NCBI GenBank assembly: GCA_046330055.1
Contig: JAXLTM010000004.1
Coordinates: 2,547-66,546, forward strand
Direction: 5' to 3'
From: Bacteroidia bacterium
Lineage (GTDB): Bacteria; Bacteroidota; Bacteroidia; AKYH767-A; 2013-40CM-41-45
Length of the DNA stretch: 64,000 bases
A program made the position numbers and the translations under genes. Shown here piece by piece: positions 9,059 to 19,551 of the stretch (position 1 is its first letter; each line of letters starts with the position of its first letter). The notes beneath the pieces are model-generated. The model saw nothing but the letters and a program-made list of their open reading frames with translations, ran no database searches and was not told where the DNA came from.

Positions 9059-12000
9059 ATGACTAAGTTCATCAGTAATATTCTTGCCTTTTCATTGAAG
9101 AACCGGATGCTGGTCATCTGGGCTACATTGCTCATTGTAGTTATCGGTGTGTTTTCCTACATAAATACGCCGATTGAAGCTTTCCCGGATTTTACGAATA
9201 CACAAATCAAGATTATCACACAGTGGCCGGGACGGAGTGCAGAAGAAGTAGAAAAGTTTGTTACAATTCCCATAGAGACCGAAATGAATGCCGTTCAGCG
9301 AAAAACGAATTTAAGATCGATTTCGCTGTTCGGCCTTTCGGTAGTAACCATCATCTTCGATGATGATGTAGATGATCAATTTGCCCGACAACAAGTTGCC
9401 AATAAACTTGTAAACGTAGATCTGCCTGAAGGTGTGAAAGCAGAAATGGAACCTCCTTATGGACCAACCGGAGAGATCTATCGTTTCACACTCACTTCAA
9501 AAACGAAAAGCCCGCGTGAGCTGAAAACGATTGAAGATTGGATAGTGGAACGTAATCTTAAATCCGTTCCCGGTGTTGCCGAAGTAGTAAGCTTCGGCGG
9601 TGAAGTGAAAACGTATGAGATCTCGGTACAACCGGAACTGCTTGCGAAATACAACATCTCTGCTATGGATGTGTACGATGCAGTTTCAAGAAGTAACGTA
9701 AATGTAGGTGGTGATATCATCGAAAAAAGTTCACAGGCTTATGTGGTTCGTGGTATCGGACTTTTAAACAACATTAGTGAAATTGAGAACATTGTTATAG
9801 ACAATATCAACGGTACGCCGCTGTTGGTGAAAAATGTGGCTATGGTTTCCGAATCTGCTCTTCCGCATCTTGGGCAGGTTGGACGAGATCATGATGATAA
9901 TGTGGTAGAAGGAATTGTTCTCCAGCGGAAAGGTGAAAACCCCGGAGAAGTATTGAAAGCCCTGAAAGAAAAACTCGCCGATTTAAATGAAAACATTCTT
10001 CCTCCCGATGTTCACACCAATGTTTTCTATGACCGCACCGACCTGACCAATTACACAACGCATACGGTCATGCATAATTTGCTGGAAGGAATTATTCTGG
10101 TTACCGTAATTGTTTTCATCTTCATGGCCGATTGGCGCACTACGGTTATTGTATCTCTGATCATTCCGCTCGCATTACTTTTTGCTTTCATACTCATGCG
10201 CATCAAAGGTATGTCGGCCAATCTGCTATCTATTGGCGCCATTGACTTTGGTATTATAATCGACGGCGCTGTGGTGATGGTTGAAGGGATTTTCGTTCTG
10301 CTTAGTCACAAAGCTGAAGAAATGGGAATGGGCCGCTATAACAAACGCAGCAAGCTCGGAATGATTCGTCATCGCGGAGTCGACATGGGTAAGAACATTT
10401 TCTTTGCCAAATTGATTATTATCACTGCTCTCATTCCAATTTTTGCCTTCCAGAAAGTAGAGGGGAAAATGTTCTCACCTCTCGCCTACACTCTTGGCTT
10501 TGCATTGCTTGGCGCTTTAATATTCAGCCTTACACTTGTTCCTGTGCTTGCCAGCATGCTGCTCAACAAAAACGTACATGAAAAAGAAAATAAGATTCTG
10601 AATTTTGTCTCAGGAATTTACAACAAGGCATTTTCATGGGTTTACAGACATAAAAGAAAAAGTCTTGCCGTCAGTATTCTCATTTTAATTCTCGGTTTTG
10701 GTTCGTTCACTTTTCTTGGTTCTGAATTCCTGCCACATTTGAACGAAGGCGCATTGTGGGTAGAAGCGCAATTGCCAATGAGTGTTTCGTTGAATGATGC
10801 AACGAAGATCACACATCGTATGCGGGAAATTCTTTTGCAGTTTCCTGAAGTGAAACAAGTGCTTAGTCAGACCGGACGACCGGACGACGGAACGGACCCG
10901 AGCGGATTCTTCAGCATTCAGTGTCACGTCGACCTCTATCCAAAAGAAGAATGGAAACGCAAAGAGACTCTTGAAGAGCTTGAAGATCGCATGAATGATA
11001 AGCTGAACGACATTCCCGGCCTTGTCTTTAACTTCTCACAACCGATTCTTGACAATGTGGAAGAAGCAGTGAGTGGAATCAATGCCTCTCAGGCGGTGAA
11101 AATTTTCGGAACGGATTTAAAGAAGATGGACGTTCTTGCTGATAGCGTGATGGCCATTCTGAAAACCGTAAAAGGTGTTGACGATCTGGGTATCCTCAGA
11201 AATCTTGGTCAGCCTGAAGTTGACATTGAATTAGACCAGCAAAAGATGGCGCATTACGGTGTAAGTACGGCTGAAGCCAATACCGTAATCGAAATGGCCA
11301 TTGGCGGAAAAGCAGCAACACAAGTTTACGAAGGCGAGAAGAAATTCGACTTGCGTATCCGCTACCAGCCGCAATACAGAAAAGACGAAACCGACATTGG
11401 AAATTTGCTTGTGCCTACAATGAACGGGACAAAAATTCCGATCAAAGAAATTGCAACCATTAAGACACTCACCGGTCCGGCATATGTGTATCGTGACAAC
11501 AATAAACGATTTATCGCCGTGAAATTTTCTATCCGTGACCGCGACCTTGGAAGTGCTATTAAAGAAGCACAGGCAAAAGTGAACAGCAGGGTTGATCTCG
11601 AAAAGGGATATTCAATTGTATGGTCAGGTGAATTTGAAAGTCAGGTCCGCGCACAAAACAGATTGCAGATGGTAGTACCTGTATCGCTGATTATGATTTT
11701 CATTATTCTCTTTGTGACATTCGGAAACAGTAAAGATGCATTACTTGTACTGGCCAATGTGCCGTTTGCGATGATTGGAGGAATTGGCGCATTGCTACTC
11801 ACAGGAACAAATTTCTCCATCAGTGCGGGAATTGGTTTCATCGCCTTGTTTGGTGTTTGTATTCAAAACGGTGTGTTATTGATTACGGAATTCAAACACA
11901 ATCTACACGATGGATTTACTCTGGATGAATCCATCTACAAAGGTGTGCAGTCGCGCCTCCGCGCAGTAATCATGACTGCACTGATGGCTTCCTGTGGTTT

Positions 12001-12157
12001 GCTCCCCGCAGCCATTTCAACCGGCATCGGCTCCGAAACACAAAAACCACTCGCCATCGTCGTCATCGGCGGCTTAGTCACAGCGACAGTACTGGTACTA
12101 CTTATACTTCCGGTGATTTACTATCTGGCAAATCATAAGGAGCATAATCGGCTGTGA
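9059..12157 (+). CDS. CusA/CzcA-family heavy-metal efflux RND permease
   Basis: 1032-aa ORF with 12-TM RND architecture and two large periplasmic loops. The N-terminus (RMLVIWATLLIVVIGVFSY...PIEAFPDFTNTQIKIITQWPGRSAEEVE) is typical of the HME-RND family. Confidence 0.9.
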   Translation: MTKFISNILAFSLKNRMLVIWATLLIVVIGVFSYINTPIEAFPDFTNTQIKIITQWPGRSAEEVEKFVTIPIETEMNAVQRKTNLRSISLFGLSVVTIIFDDDVDDQFARQQVANKLVNVDLPEGVKAEMEPPYGPTGEIYRFTLTSKTKSPRELKTIEDWIVERNLKSVPGVAEVVSFGGEVKTYEISVQPELLAKYNISAMDVYDAVSRSNVNVGGDIIEKSSQAYVVRGIGLLNNISEIENIVIDNINGTPLLVKNVAMVSESALPHLGQVGRDHDDNVVEGIVLQRKGENPGEVLKALKEKLADLNENILPPDVHTNVFYDRTDLTNYTTHTVMHNLLEGIILVTVIVFIFMADWRTTVIVSLIIPLALLFAFILMRIKGMSANLLSIGAIDFGIIIDGAVVMVEGIFVLLSHKAEEMGMGRYNKRSKLGMIRHRGVDMGKNIFFAKLIIITALIPIFAFQKVEGKMFSPLAYTLGFALLGALIFSLTLVPVLASMLLNKNVHEKENKILNFVSGIYNKAFSWVYRHKRKSLAVSILILILGFGSFTFLGSEFLPHLNEGALWVEAQLPMSVSLNDATKITHRMREILLQFPEVKQVLSQTGRPDDGTDPSGFFSIQCHVDLYPKEEWKRKETLEELEDRMNDKLNDIPGLVFNFSQPILDNVEEAVSGINASQAVKIFGTDLKKMDVLADSVMAILKTVKGVDDLGILRNLGQPEVDIELDQQKMAHYGVSTAEANTVIEMAIGGKAATQVYEGEKKFDLRIRYQPQYRKDETDIGNLLVPTMNGTKIPIKEIATIKTLTGPAYVYRDNNKRFIAVKFSIRDRDLGSAIKEAQAKVNSRVDLEKGYSIVWSGEFESQVRAQNRLQMVVPVSLIMIFIILFVTFGNSKDALLVLANVPFAMIGGIGALLLTGTNFSISAGIGFIALFGVCIQNGVLLITEFKHNLHDGFTLDESIYKGVQSRLRAVIMTALMASCGLLPAAISTGIGSETQKPLAIVVIGGLVTATVLVLLILPVIYYLANHKEHNRL

Positions 12158-12161
12158 AATC

Positions 12162-12491
12162 AATTAGCTAATTAGCTGATTAGCTAATTGAATGAGGGAA
12201 TTTAGTAGAGAGAAAAACCGCGGTTTCACTTTCCGGTCTTCGTAAGCAGGGTAAATCGAAGGCCGGGGGTGGCTGCGGGGGATTTGAATTGGCTAATTAG
12301 CTAATTAGCTGATTAGCTAATTAGCTAATTGAAAAAAGTTAATTGACACTGAAAGGAGATTTTAGGTTTTCAGCTTGTAAGAATTGGAATTTGCAGTCGT
12401 ATTTCAGTGCTAATTGGCCGCTATCAGCTATTGTCAGCTAATTGGCTAATCAGCTAATTGGCTAATCAGCTAATTGGCTAATCAGCTAATT
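12162..12491. repeat. Three AATTAGCT-type arrays filling the convergent czcA/metF gap
   Basis: Arrays at 12162-12189, 12287-12330 and 12409-12491. The last is a 16-mer variant (cagctaattggctaat, about 3.5 units). Confidence 0.9.
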
Positions 12492-13447
12492 TAAAACACC
12501 CTACGCGCCACCCTGCAAGTAATCTCCGCATTGCCCATCGTGTAATAGTGGAGACAAGGGACGCCGGCTTTTTTTAGTTCGATGGATTGATTGACGCACC
12601 ATTCGATGCCGAGTTCTTTTACTTCTTTTTCGGATTTGCAATTTTCGATAGCATCTGCGAGATCTTCGGGGAGATCGACGTGAAAAACTTTAGGCAGAAC
12701 GGTGGTTTGCTTTCTGGTGGTAATTGGTTTCAGGCCGGGAATGATTGGAACGTTGATGTCGTTCTCGCGGCATTTGTCGACGAATTCAAAATACTTTTTA
12801 TTATCGAAAAACATTTGCGTCACAATGTAATCGGCACCTGCGTCAACTTTTGCTTTAAGATATTTTAAATCACTTTTCAGGTTTGGCGCTTCGAAATGCT
12901 TCTCCGGATAGCCGGCAACTCCGAAACAAAAATCTGATGGTGTAACATCCTGCAATTCTTCGTCGAGATAAACACCACGGTTCATATTCGCAACCTGCTT
13001 CACCAGATCGAGAGCGTAGTGATGACCATCGGGATGCGGGTCAAAAGCACTTTCCGATTTTATGGCATCACCTCGAAGCAAGAGCAGATTGTCGATGCCG
13101 AGGTAGGACAATTCAACCAATGCATTTTCGGTTTCTTCTTTTGAAAAACCTCCGCAAATGATGTGCGGAACCGGATCAACTTTGTAATGATTGAGAATGG
13201 CCGCGCAAATACTTACCGTGCCCGGACGCTTGCGAATGGAAAATTTTTCCAGCAAACCATTCTCCCGTTTCTTATAAACATATTCCTCACGATGATAGGT
13301 GACATCCACAAACGAAGGCTTGAAATCCATAATTGGATCAAGGATGTTAAAGATGCTCTGAATACTTTTCCCTTTTAACGGGGGAAGTATTTCCACTGAA
13401 AACAACGTCTGGCCTTGTGTCTTTTTTAATTGATCAATTACTTTCAT
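12491..13447 (-). CDS. metF: 5,10-methylenetetrahydrofolate reductase
   Basis: 318-aa ORF. FSVEILPPLKG, ICGGF, LLLRGD and GYPEKH match the MetF family pattern. Confidence 0.85.
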   Translation of the reverse strand: MKVIDQLKKTQGQTLFSVEILPPLKGKSIQSIFNILDPIMDFKPSFVDVTYHREEYVYKKRENGLLEKFSIRKRPGTVSICAAILNHYKVDPVPHIICGGFSKEETENALVELSYLGIDNLLLLRGDAIKSESAFDPHPDGHHYALDLVKQVANMNRGVYLDEELQDVTPSDFCFGVAGYPEKHFEAPNLKSDLKYLKAKVDAGADYIVTQMFFDNKKYFEFVDKCRENDINVPIIPGLKPITTRKQTTVLPKVFHVDLPEDLADAIENCKSEKEVKELGIEWCVNQSIELKKAGVPCLHYYTMGNAEITCRVARRVF

Positions 13448-13459
13448 TTGCGAAACCGA

Positions 13460-14062
13460 TTACTTATTCAATGCAGGATTTGCTGCGGCTAATTTAGAAA
13501 GATATTTACCGATAATATCAAATTCAATATTCACTACTGTTCCTTCTTTGAAAGTGTGAAAATTGGTGTGTTCCCAGGTGTAAGGAATAATAGCGACAGA
13601 GAATGAATCAGCAACGGAGCGGACAACCGTCAGACTCACACCGTTTACACAAACTGAACCTTTCTCCACCGTAATGTAACCCGGAGCCGGTTTGTAGGTG
13701 AAATCAATTTCCCAACTTCCTCCGCTCTCTTTCACGGAAACTACTTTTGCTGTAGTATCAACATGGCCTTGCACGATATGACCGTCGAGACGGTCATTCA
13801 ATTTCATGCATCGCTCCAGATTCACTTCAGAGCCGGTTTCAAGCAAACCAAGATTGGTACGGCGCAGCGTCTCTTCAATCGCTACTACATCATATGTGTT
13901 ACCATTGACATTAACAACGGTGAGACAAACGCCATTGTGGGCCATGCTTTGATCTACTTTCAACTCATTGGCAAAAGCACATTCAAACGTAAAGCGAAGA
14001 TTAGTTCCTTCTTTACGAATCTGCTTAGTTTTGGCAATACCTTCAATGATTCCTGTAAACAT
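13460..14062 (-). CDS. ribE: Riboflavin synthase alpha chain
   Basis: 200 aa starting MFTGIIE, with two lumazine-binding repeats (SMAHNGVCLTV and GSVCVNGVSLTV). Confidence 0.9.
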   Translation of the reverse strand: MFTGIIEGIAKTKQIRKEGTNLRFTFECAFANELKVDQSMAHNGVCLTVVNVNGNTYDVVAIEETLRRTNLGLLETGSEVNLERCMKLNDRLDGHIVQGHVDTTAKVVSVKESGGSWEIDFTYKPAPGYITVEKGSVCVNGVSLTVVRSVADSFSVAIIPYTWEHTNFHTFKEGTVVNIEFDIIGKYLSKLAAANPALNK

Positions 14063-14071
14063 CCGGGATAA

Positions 14072-16750
14072 TTATTTTCCTCCGCGTATTAATTGAATTG
14101 TGCCGTGCAGCTCAACAGCTTCATCGCCGGAGATACGGAAGAAATATACTTTGCACGTGTAATAATAAACTCCTTCAGGACAATCTGCTTTACTGTCTTT
14201 ATTTTTTCCATCCCACTTAATATCCTTATCCGTTGTCTCATAAACGAGATTTCCCCAGCGGTTGAAAATCTTCATTTCAACACTCTTCACATTTTTATAC
14301 GGAGGGCAATTCTTTGCCTGCAACTCAGGTGAGGTGCTTGCATCACACGGATGGAATAGATCATTCACCCCGTCACTATTCGGTGTAAAGACGGAAGGAA
14401 GTACGTATTGGCGACATGTATCCACACAAACCACCTGCGGATTCAACGTTTGATTTCCTACTGAGTCAATAGCCACTACTTTGTAGCAACCGGAGATGAC
14501 CGACAAATTAGAATGCAGATAAGTAGTATCTGCAGGATTCAAAACAGAATCTATCAATTCAAAATTTCCGTCGGTAGACGGAGAGAAACAGATGTAATAC
14601 TTTAATACATCATCCGAACAAACATGATTCGGATTTACCCATTGCAGGAAATTAGCATTCGCATCACAATCTGATTGCACATCCAGCTCCGTTGCGCATG
14701 GAGGTAAATTATCAACGGGAACGGAACATTCCTGCTGACTGCGATTAAGAAGTGGTGTTATAATGCCGGGAAGAGAATATGCTCCGCGACTACGAACGTA
14801 ATAGCAATACGTGTCGCCATTCACCAATCCCGTATCTGCATACGATGAGGTAGTAACAGTGGTAATCGAATCATAAACAGAAGTTACACTATTCAATTTG
14901 AAAATATCGTAATGATCATTTGACCATGGAACGTGTTCTTCCCAGGTAAGGTTTATACGATTGTCAGTAGGCGATAATTTAAGAAATACACCGGATGCAA
15001 TAGTGGAATTTCCCTTCAGAACCAGATTGCCATTGTCAGTATAATAAAGATCGACACGATAACTCCACGGATGAGTTTTGGTATCAATCGGCTGATCAAT
15101 TATGGTTGTGTCATTCAAATCATTTAATACAGCAAATTGAGTAAAGTTTGTACCGAAGAAATCAGGTGACCGGAAAACTCTGTACTCAAATGGCGGACGA
15201 TAAATATTTGTATCAAGCTCATTCGGCTTACTCCATGCCACATAAATTTTACCGTTGACAGCATCCGTTTCCGTTACATCGACATTTGTTATAACCGGCA
15301 AATCCTTAATCAATGAAGCACATGCCTGAGGAGAAGCACAACTTTCTGAACCATCACTAAAAATTGCAGTAACGATGTAGCAATATTGTTTTCCGATTGC
15401 CAGACCACTGCCATGATTGTCGTCACGATAGGAAAGTGTATTGACACCATTCACACGTTCCAGCAACTGATAGCCTGTGTAGGATGGCGCTCCGTTGTCA
15501 CACGGACATTGAATGGTTCCTGTGTAAATATTCTCCCGCCTGTACACAAGATAGCCAATTGCATTTCCGCACGGTGAAATCGTCCACGTAAGATCAATTC
15601 CATTTCCATTTGCCGTTGCCGTGACTGATTGCACTGCAGGAGCTATCACGCGAATTGAAGTCGACTTCAGGCTCACCAAAGGAATATTATTGGATGAAGG
15701 CGGAATCACATCAACGGCTTTGAACAATGCAACGTAAGGTGAGTTGCGAACCTGTGAACAAATCGGAGTCCATTTAAAAACCGATTGTACTGTATCGTTA
15801 TTGATGATTGTCGGAGTAAACGTTGCCAGATTGCTCATGATAGCAGTATCGAACATTGCTCCGTAGGCAAAAAGATTTACCAGATTATGATCCGGATCGA
15901 TGGCATCAACCGTAATACTTAATGTGTCACCGGCAAGAACGCAGGTATCGGATACAACTTCCAGGTCAGGCGGATTATTGGTGCAATTGCTGATGAGAAT
16001 CTGCATATCCCGACGAACAAAGCCGGCGTATTGTCCTTGTTTATACTGCTTGACGATAAAAGCAACGTTATATTCACCGGTATCTATCGGAGAATCCCAG
16101 ATCAAATCTCCGGTATGCAAATCAATACCAAATGTACTTGACGTTGTCGGAAACGTATATCCGGGGATAGGAAGATTTCCATCGCCGTTACAAACTTCCA
16201 TCAGATACACCAGACTATCGCCTTCGGCATCATAGGCATTCGGATTGTGAATGAACACTCGTCCGACGCAGCCTTTGTCGATCGGAGGATAAGTGAGTAC
16301 CGGAGAACTGTTCGGCCCCAGATAAGGGTTTATCACCAGCTCACTTTCCACAGCAAACGGAACATCAACAGAATTCGGAATGTTAACTACACCTTCGTTA
16401 CGATTCGGATCAACGAAGTAGATTCTGAAAACTCCATTGCCTGAATACGTGTGGACATACTTATATTCATTGTATGAAATATCGTTTCCCAAACTTACAG
16501 GAGCAGAAGTTGTACGCTGAAATGAAACCACAGAGCCATCACCAAGGTGAACAGAATCCAACTGAGGCCTGTCTACATTCGGATAAGATGATGTACGTGT
16601 ATAAGTAATGATTGTGATTTCATAAGTGAGATCGGCAGCATTTACACCCACCCATTTATAAGTAATCTCCCCTGCGCGGTTGTGCGTAGCCATGACTACA
16701 ACACTATTCAGGATAAAAAGTGTAAAAAGAATTATTCGGAATAATTTCAT
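14072..16750 (-). CDS. Large secreted protein with gliding-motility-associated C-terminal domain (T9SS type B sorting domain)
   Basis: 892 aa with signal peptide. The C-terminus FTPNSDGVNDLFHP...KIFNRWGNLVYE...WDGKNK...GVYYY is the CHU_C / type-B sorting pattern. Confidence 0.8.
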   Translation of the reverse strand: MKLFRIILFTLFILNSVVVMATHNRAGEITYKWVGVNAADLTYEITIITYTRTSSYPNVDRPQLDSVHLGDGSVVSFQRTTSAPVSLGNDISYNEYKYVHTYSGNGVFRIYFVDPNRNEGVVNIPNSVDVPFAVESELVINPYLGPNSSPVLTYPPIDKGCVGRVFIHNPNAYDAEGDSLVYLMEVCNGDGNLPIPGYTFPTTSSTFGIDLHTGDLIWDSPIDTGEYNVAFIVKQYKQGQYAGFVRRDMQILISNCTNNPPDLEVVSDTCVLAGDTLSITVDAIDPDHNLVNLFAYGAMFDTAIMSNLATFTPTIINNDTVQSVFKWTPICSQVRNSPYVALFKAVDVIPPSSNNIPLVSLKSTSIRVIAPAVQSVTATANGNGIDLTWTISPCGNAIGYLVYRRENIYTGTIQCPCDNGAPSYTGYQLLERVNGVNTLSYRDDNHGSGLAIGKQYCYIVTAIFSDGSESCASPQACASLIKDLPVITNVDVTETDAVNGKIYVAWSKPNELDTNIYRPPFEYRVFRSPDFFGTNFTQFAVLNDLNDTTIIDQPIDTKTHPWSYRVDLYYTDNGNLVLKGNSTIASGVFLKLSPTDNRINLTWEEHVPWSNDHYDIFKLNSVTSVYDSITTVTTSSYADTGLVNGDTYCYYVRSRGAYSLPGIITPLLNRSQQECSVPVDNLPPCATELDVQSDCDANANFLQWVNPNHVCSDDVLKYYICFSPSTDGNFELIDSVLNPADTTYLHSNLSVISGCYKVVAIDSVGNQTLNPQVVCVDTCRQYVLPSVFTPNSDGVNDLFHPCDASTSPELQAKNCPPYKNVKSVEMKIFNRWGNLVYETTDKDIKWDGKNKDSKADCPEGVYYYTCKVYFFRISGDEAVELHGTIQLIRGGK

Positions 16751-16767
16751 CCTTCGGGAGAATAGGA

Positions 16768-17892
16768 TTAATAAGTGATTACTTGCTGTTCAAGTTGTAC
16801 GGGTAATTCACGGTATTCATATTGTTGATTACGCAACTGAGGAGTAAATCCTGCTTCACGGATAGCATTTTGAATTCCTTCGGAAGTAAAACGATGCGGC
16901 GCACCGGCAGCGCTTACGACATTTTCCTCAATCATGATAGAGCCGAAATCGTTGGCTCCGGAATGCAGGCAAATTTGTGCTACCTCTTTTCCAACCGTCA
17001 GCCAGCTGGCCTGAATGTTTTGAATATTCGGCAACATGATACGGCTTAAGGCAATGGTGCGGATATACTCCTCACCCGTTACATGATTCCTGACACCTTT
17101 GATGCGCTGCAACAACGTGCCTTCGTCCTGAAACGGCCATGGAATAAATGCAATAAACCCTTTTGCCGAGGCCGGCTTCTCACTCTGTACTTCACGTAAC
17201 CAGACTAAATGCTCGAAACGCTCTTCAATGGTCTCGACATGACCAAACATCATTGTCGCCGACGTGGTGAGATTAAGTTTGTGAGCTGCACGCATCACAT
17301 CAAGCCATTCTCGTCCGGAACATTTTCCTTTCGAGATCATTCGACGAACACGGTCGTTTAGAATTTATGCACCGGCGCCCGGCAATGAATCCAGTCCGGC
17401 GTCAATGAGAGCTTTTAAAACTTCCGTATGAGTAGAACCTTCCAGCTTGGTGATATGTGCAATTTCCGGTGGCCCTAATGCGTGAAGCTTAAGTTTCGGA
17501 TATAATTTTTTCAGTTCACGAAACAGATTCACGTAATACGACAATCCCAGTTCCGGATGATGTCCGCCCTGAAGCAGTAATTGCTCGCCACCGTAACGAA
17601 ATGTCTCTTCAATTTTTTTCTTGTACTGATCGATCGTCGTAATGTAGGCTTCCTCATGTCCGGGTATCCGGTAGAAGTTGCAGAATTTGCAATTGGCAAT
17701 ACACACATTAGTCGTATTGGAATTGCGGTCGATAATCCAGGTCACTATTGGTTCGGGATGCAGCTTCTTTTTCATGCTGAAAGCCACGTCCATCAGTTCG
17801 GCTGTGGGAGCATGTTCGAAAAGATATTGCCCTTCCGCTGCCGAAAGAAAATCAAAAGCTAATGCCCGTTGTAGGAGTTGGTCGGTATTCAT
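16768..17892 (-). pseudogene. CofH/MqnC/MqnE-type radical SAM enzyme (futalosine-pathway menaquinone biosynthesis) interrupted by one in-frame TAA
   Basis: ORFs 17365-17934 and 16768-17340 are in the same frame. The read-through is ...DSLPGAGA*ILNDRVRRMISKGK. CxxxCxxC = CIANCKFC. The stop at 17365-17367 sits where homologues have Glu (GAA). Confidence 0.7.
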
Positions 17893-17993
17893 CAAATAAA
17901 AACGGAATTTATCGCCCCGGCCCTTTCTTCGCAATCAGGCAAATGACGATGAATATTTTAGTAATTTTCCGCCCTTCAAAAATACAATATTAA

Positions 17994-19427
17994 ATGCAGA
18001 CCACAATCAGGCTGACGCCTACCTTCAAAACTGCGGATTCTATCATTTTACTCCTGGATGACAAAGGCACATTACCTGCCGGTCTCTTTTCGCCTGCGGA
18101 ATCTGATTTCATTAAAAAAGAGCTTAAAGCTGACCGTAAAAATATGGTCATCAATCAGTATAAACGACTGATTGCCATTTACAAACCTGATTACAGCAAG
18201 AATATCAATGCCTTAAAAGAACTTTGCCGGAAGGCTGGTGACGGCTTCCTTGCCGCCCTTAATAAGGCAAAAGCGGATCGCGTGGTTATTGCCGATATGG
18301 AGAATAATCATGATGTGGCTTTAGCGGTAGCCGAAGGTCTGGCTCTGGGTAACTATCAATTCCTGAAATACAGAAAGGAAAAGAAAAAGGAAGAGAATGC
18401 CCTTCGTGAAATCGCTGTCTACAGCAAAGGCCTGAGAAATGACCAGATTGCTCAATTGCAAAACGTAGTCGACGCCGTGTGGAATGCACGTACGCTTGTG
18501 AATGAACCTCAGTCGTTCCTTACTGCCACACAACTTTCGAAAGAATTTGTTCGTCTGGGCAAAGCCGCCGGCTTCAAAGTGAATGTTCTCACTAAAGGTC
18601 GTATCAAAGCGTTGAAGATGGGCGGACTTCTTTCAGTAAATGCCGGTTCAATCGAGCCGCCGACATTTACAATCATGGAATATAAACCCCGTAACGCACG
18701 AAATAAAAAACCGATTGTTCTTATCGGTAAGGGTGTAGTTTATGATACCGGTGGTTTGAGTCTCAAGCCAACTCCGAACTCCATGGATTATATGAAGAGT
18801 GATATGGCCGGAGCTGCTGCAGTTGCATGTGCAATGTATGCCGTTGCAAAATCCAAATTACCTGTTCATGTAGTAGCATTGGTTCCTGCAACAGACAACC
18901 GTCCTGCTGAAAATGCTTACACACCGGGTGATGTCATTAATATGATGAGCGGACACACGGTTGAAGTTCTTAATACCGATGCAGAAGGCCGAATGATCCT
19001 GGCTGATGCATTACATTATGCAAAAAAATACCGTCCTGAATTAGTACTCGACTTCGCAACTCTCACCGGCGCAGCAGCGATGGCTGTTGGTCCGTACGGA
19101 ATTGTGACGATGGGAACAGCCGATGCTGATCAGCGTGCACAGTTGCGCAATGCAGGTGAAGCTGTTTACGAACGTCTTGCCGAGTTCCCTTTCTGGGATG
19201 AATACGACGATCTCATCAAGAGTGACATTGCCGATATGAAAAACATCGGCGGTCCGATCGGTGGCGCCATCACTGCAGGAAAATTCCTTCAGCGCTACAC
19301 CGACTACCCATGGATGCACTTCGACATCGCCGGTCCATCCTTCCTTCACTCACCGTCCAGCTACAGAGGCAAAGGCGGAACAGGAGTGGCAGTGAGGCTT
19401 TTGTTTGAGTACTTGAAGAACTATTGA
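17994..19427 (+). CDS. pepA: Leucyl aminopeptidase (M17)
   Basis: 477 aa with the M17 signature NTDAEGRMILADAL and metal-site context VGKGVVYDTGG. Confidence 0.9.
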   Translation: MQTTIRLTPTFKTADSIILLLDDKGTLPAGLFSPAESDFIKKELKADRKNMVINQYKRLIAIYKPDYSKNINALKELCRKAGDGFLAALNKAKADRVVIADMENNHDVALAVAEGLALGNYQFLKYRKEKKKEENALREIAVYSKGLRNDQIAQLQNVVDAVWNARTLVNEPQSFLTATQLSKEFVRLGKAAGFKVNVLTKGRIKALKMGGLLSVNAGSIEPPTFTIMEYKPRNARNKKPIVLIGKGVVYDTGGLSLKPTPNSMDYMKSDMAGAAAVACAMYAVAKSKLPVHVVALVPATDNRPAENAYTPGDVINMMSGHTVEVLNTDAEGRMILADALHYAKKYRPELVLDFATLTGAAAMAVGPYGIVTMGTADADQRAQLRNAGEAVYERLAEFPFWDEYDDLIKSDIADMKNIGGPIGGAITAGKFLQRYTDYPWMHFDIAGPSFLHSPSSYRGKGGTGVAVRLLFEYLKNY

Positions 19428-19432
19428 TACTC

Positions 19433-19532
19433 AATTCTGAATTCTGAATTCTGAATTCTGAATTCTGAATTTCGAGTTTTGAAATTTAAAATCTAACATC
19501 ATATTCTGAATTCAGAATTCTGAATTCAGAAT
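19433..19532. repeat. (GAATTCT)5 array followed by a perfect 30-nt GAATTC-word palindrome
   Basis: Tandem array at 19433-19472. 19503-19532 (attctgaattcagaattctgaattcagaat) equals its reverse complement. Lies between pepA and pdxA. Confidence 0.9.
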
Positions 19533-19551
19533 TTAAACAAACCACTCTGCA

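Noticed and set aside
12162-12491. Possible CRISPR array in the czcA/metF gap
   Set aside because: The repeat unit is 8-16 bp and tandem without unique spacers of 25-40 bp. The same words occur in many other gaps.
17365-17367. Programmed recoding (selenocysteine, pyrrolysine or stop reassignment) at the in-frame stop in the radical SAM gene
   Set aside because: The codon is TAA, not TGA or TAG, and TAA is used as an ordinary terminator by many genes in this window. A nonsense substitution or base-call error is the simpler explanation.
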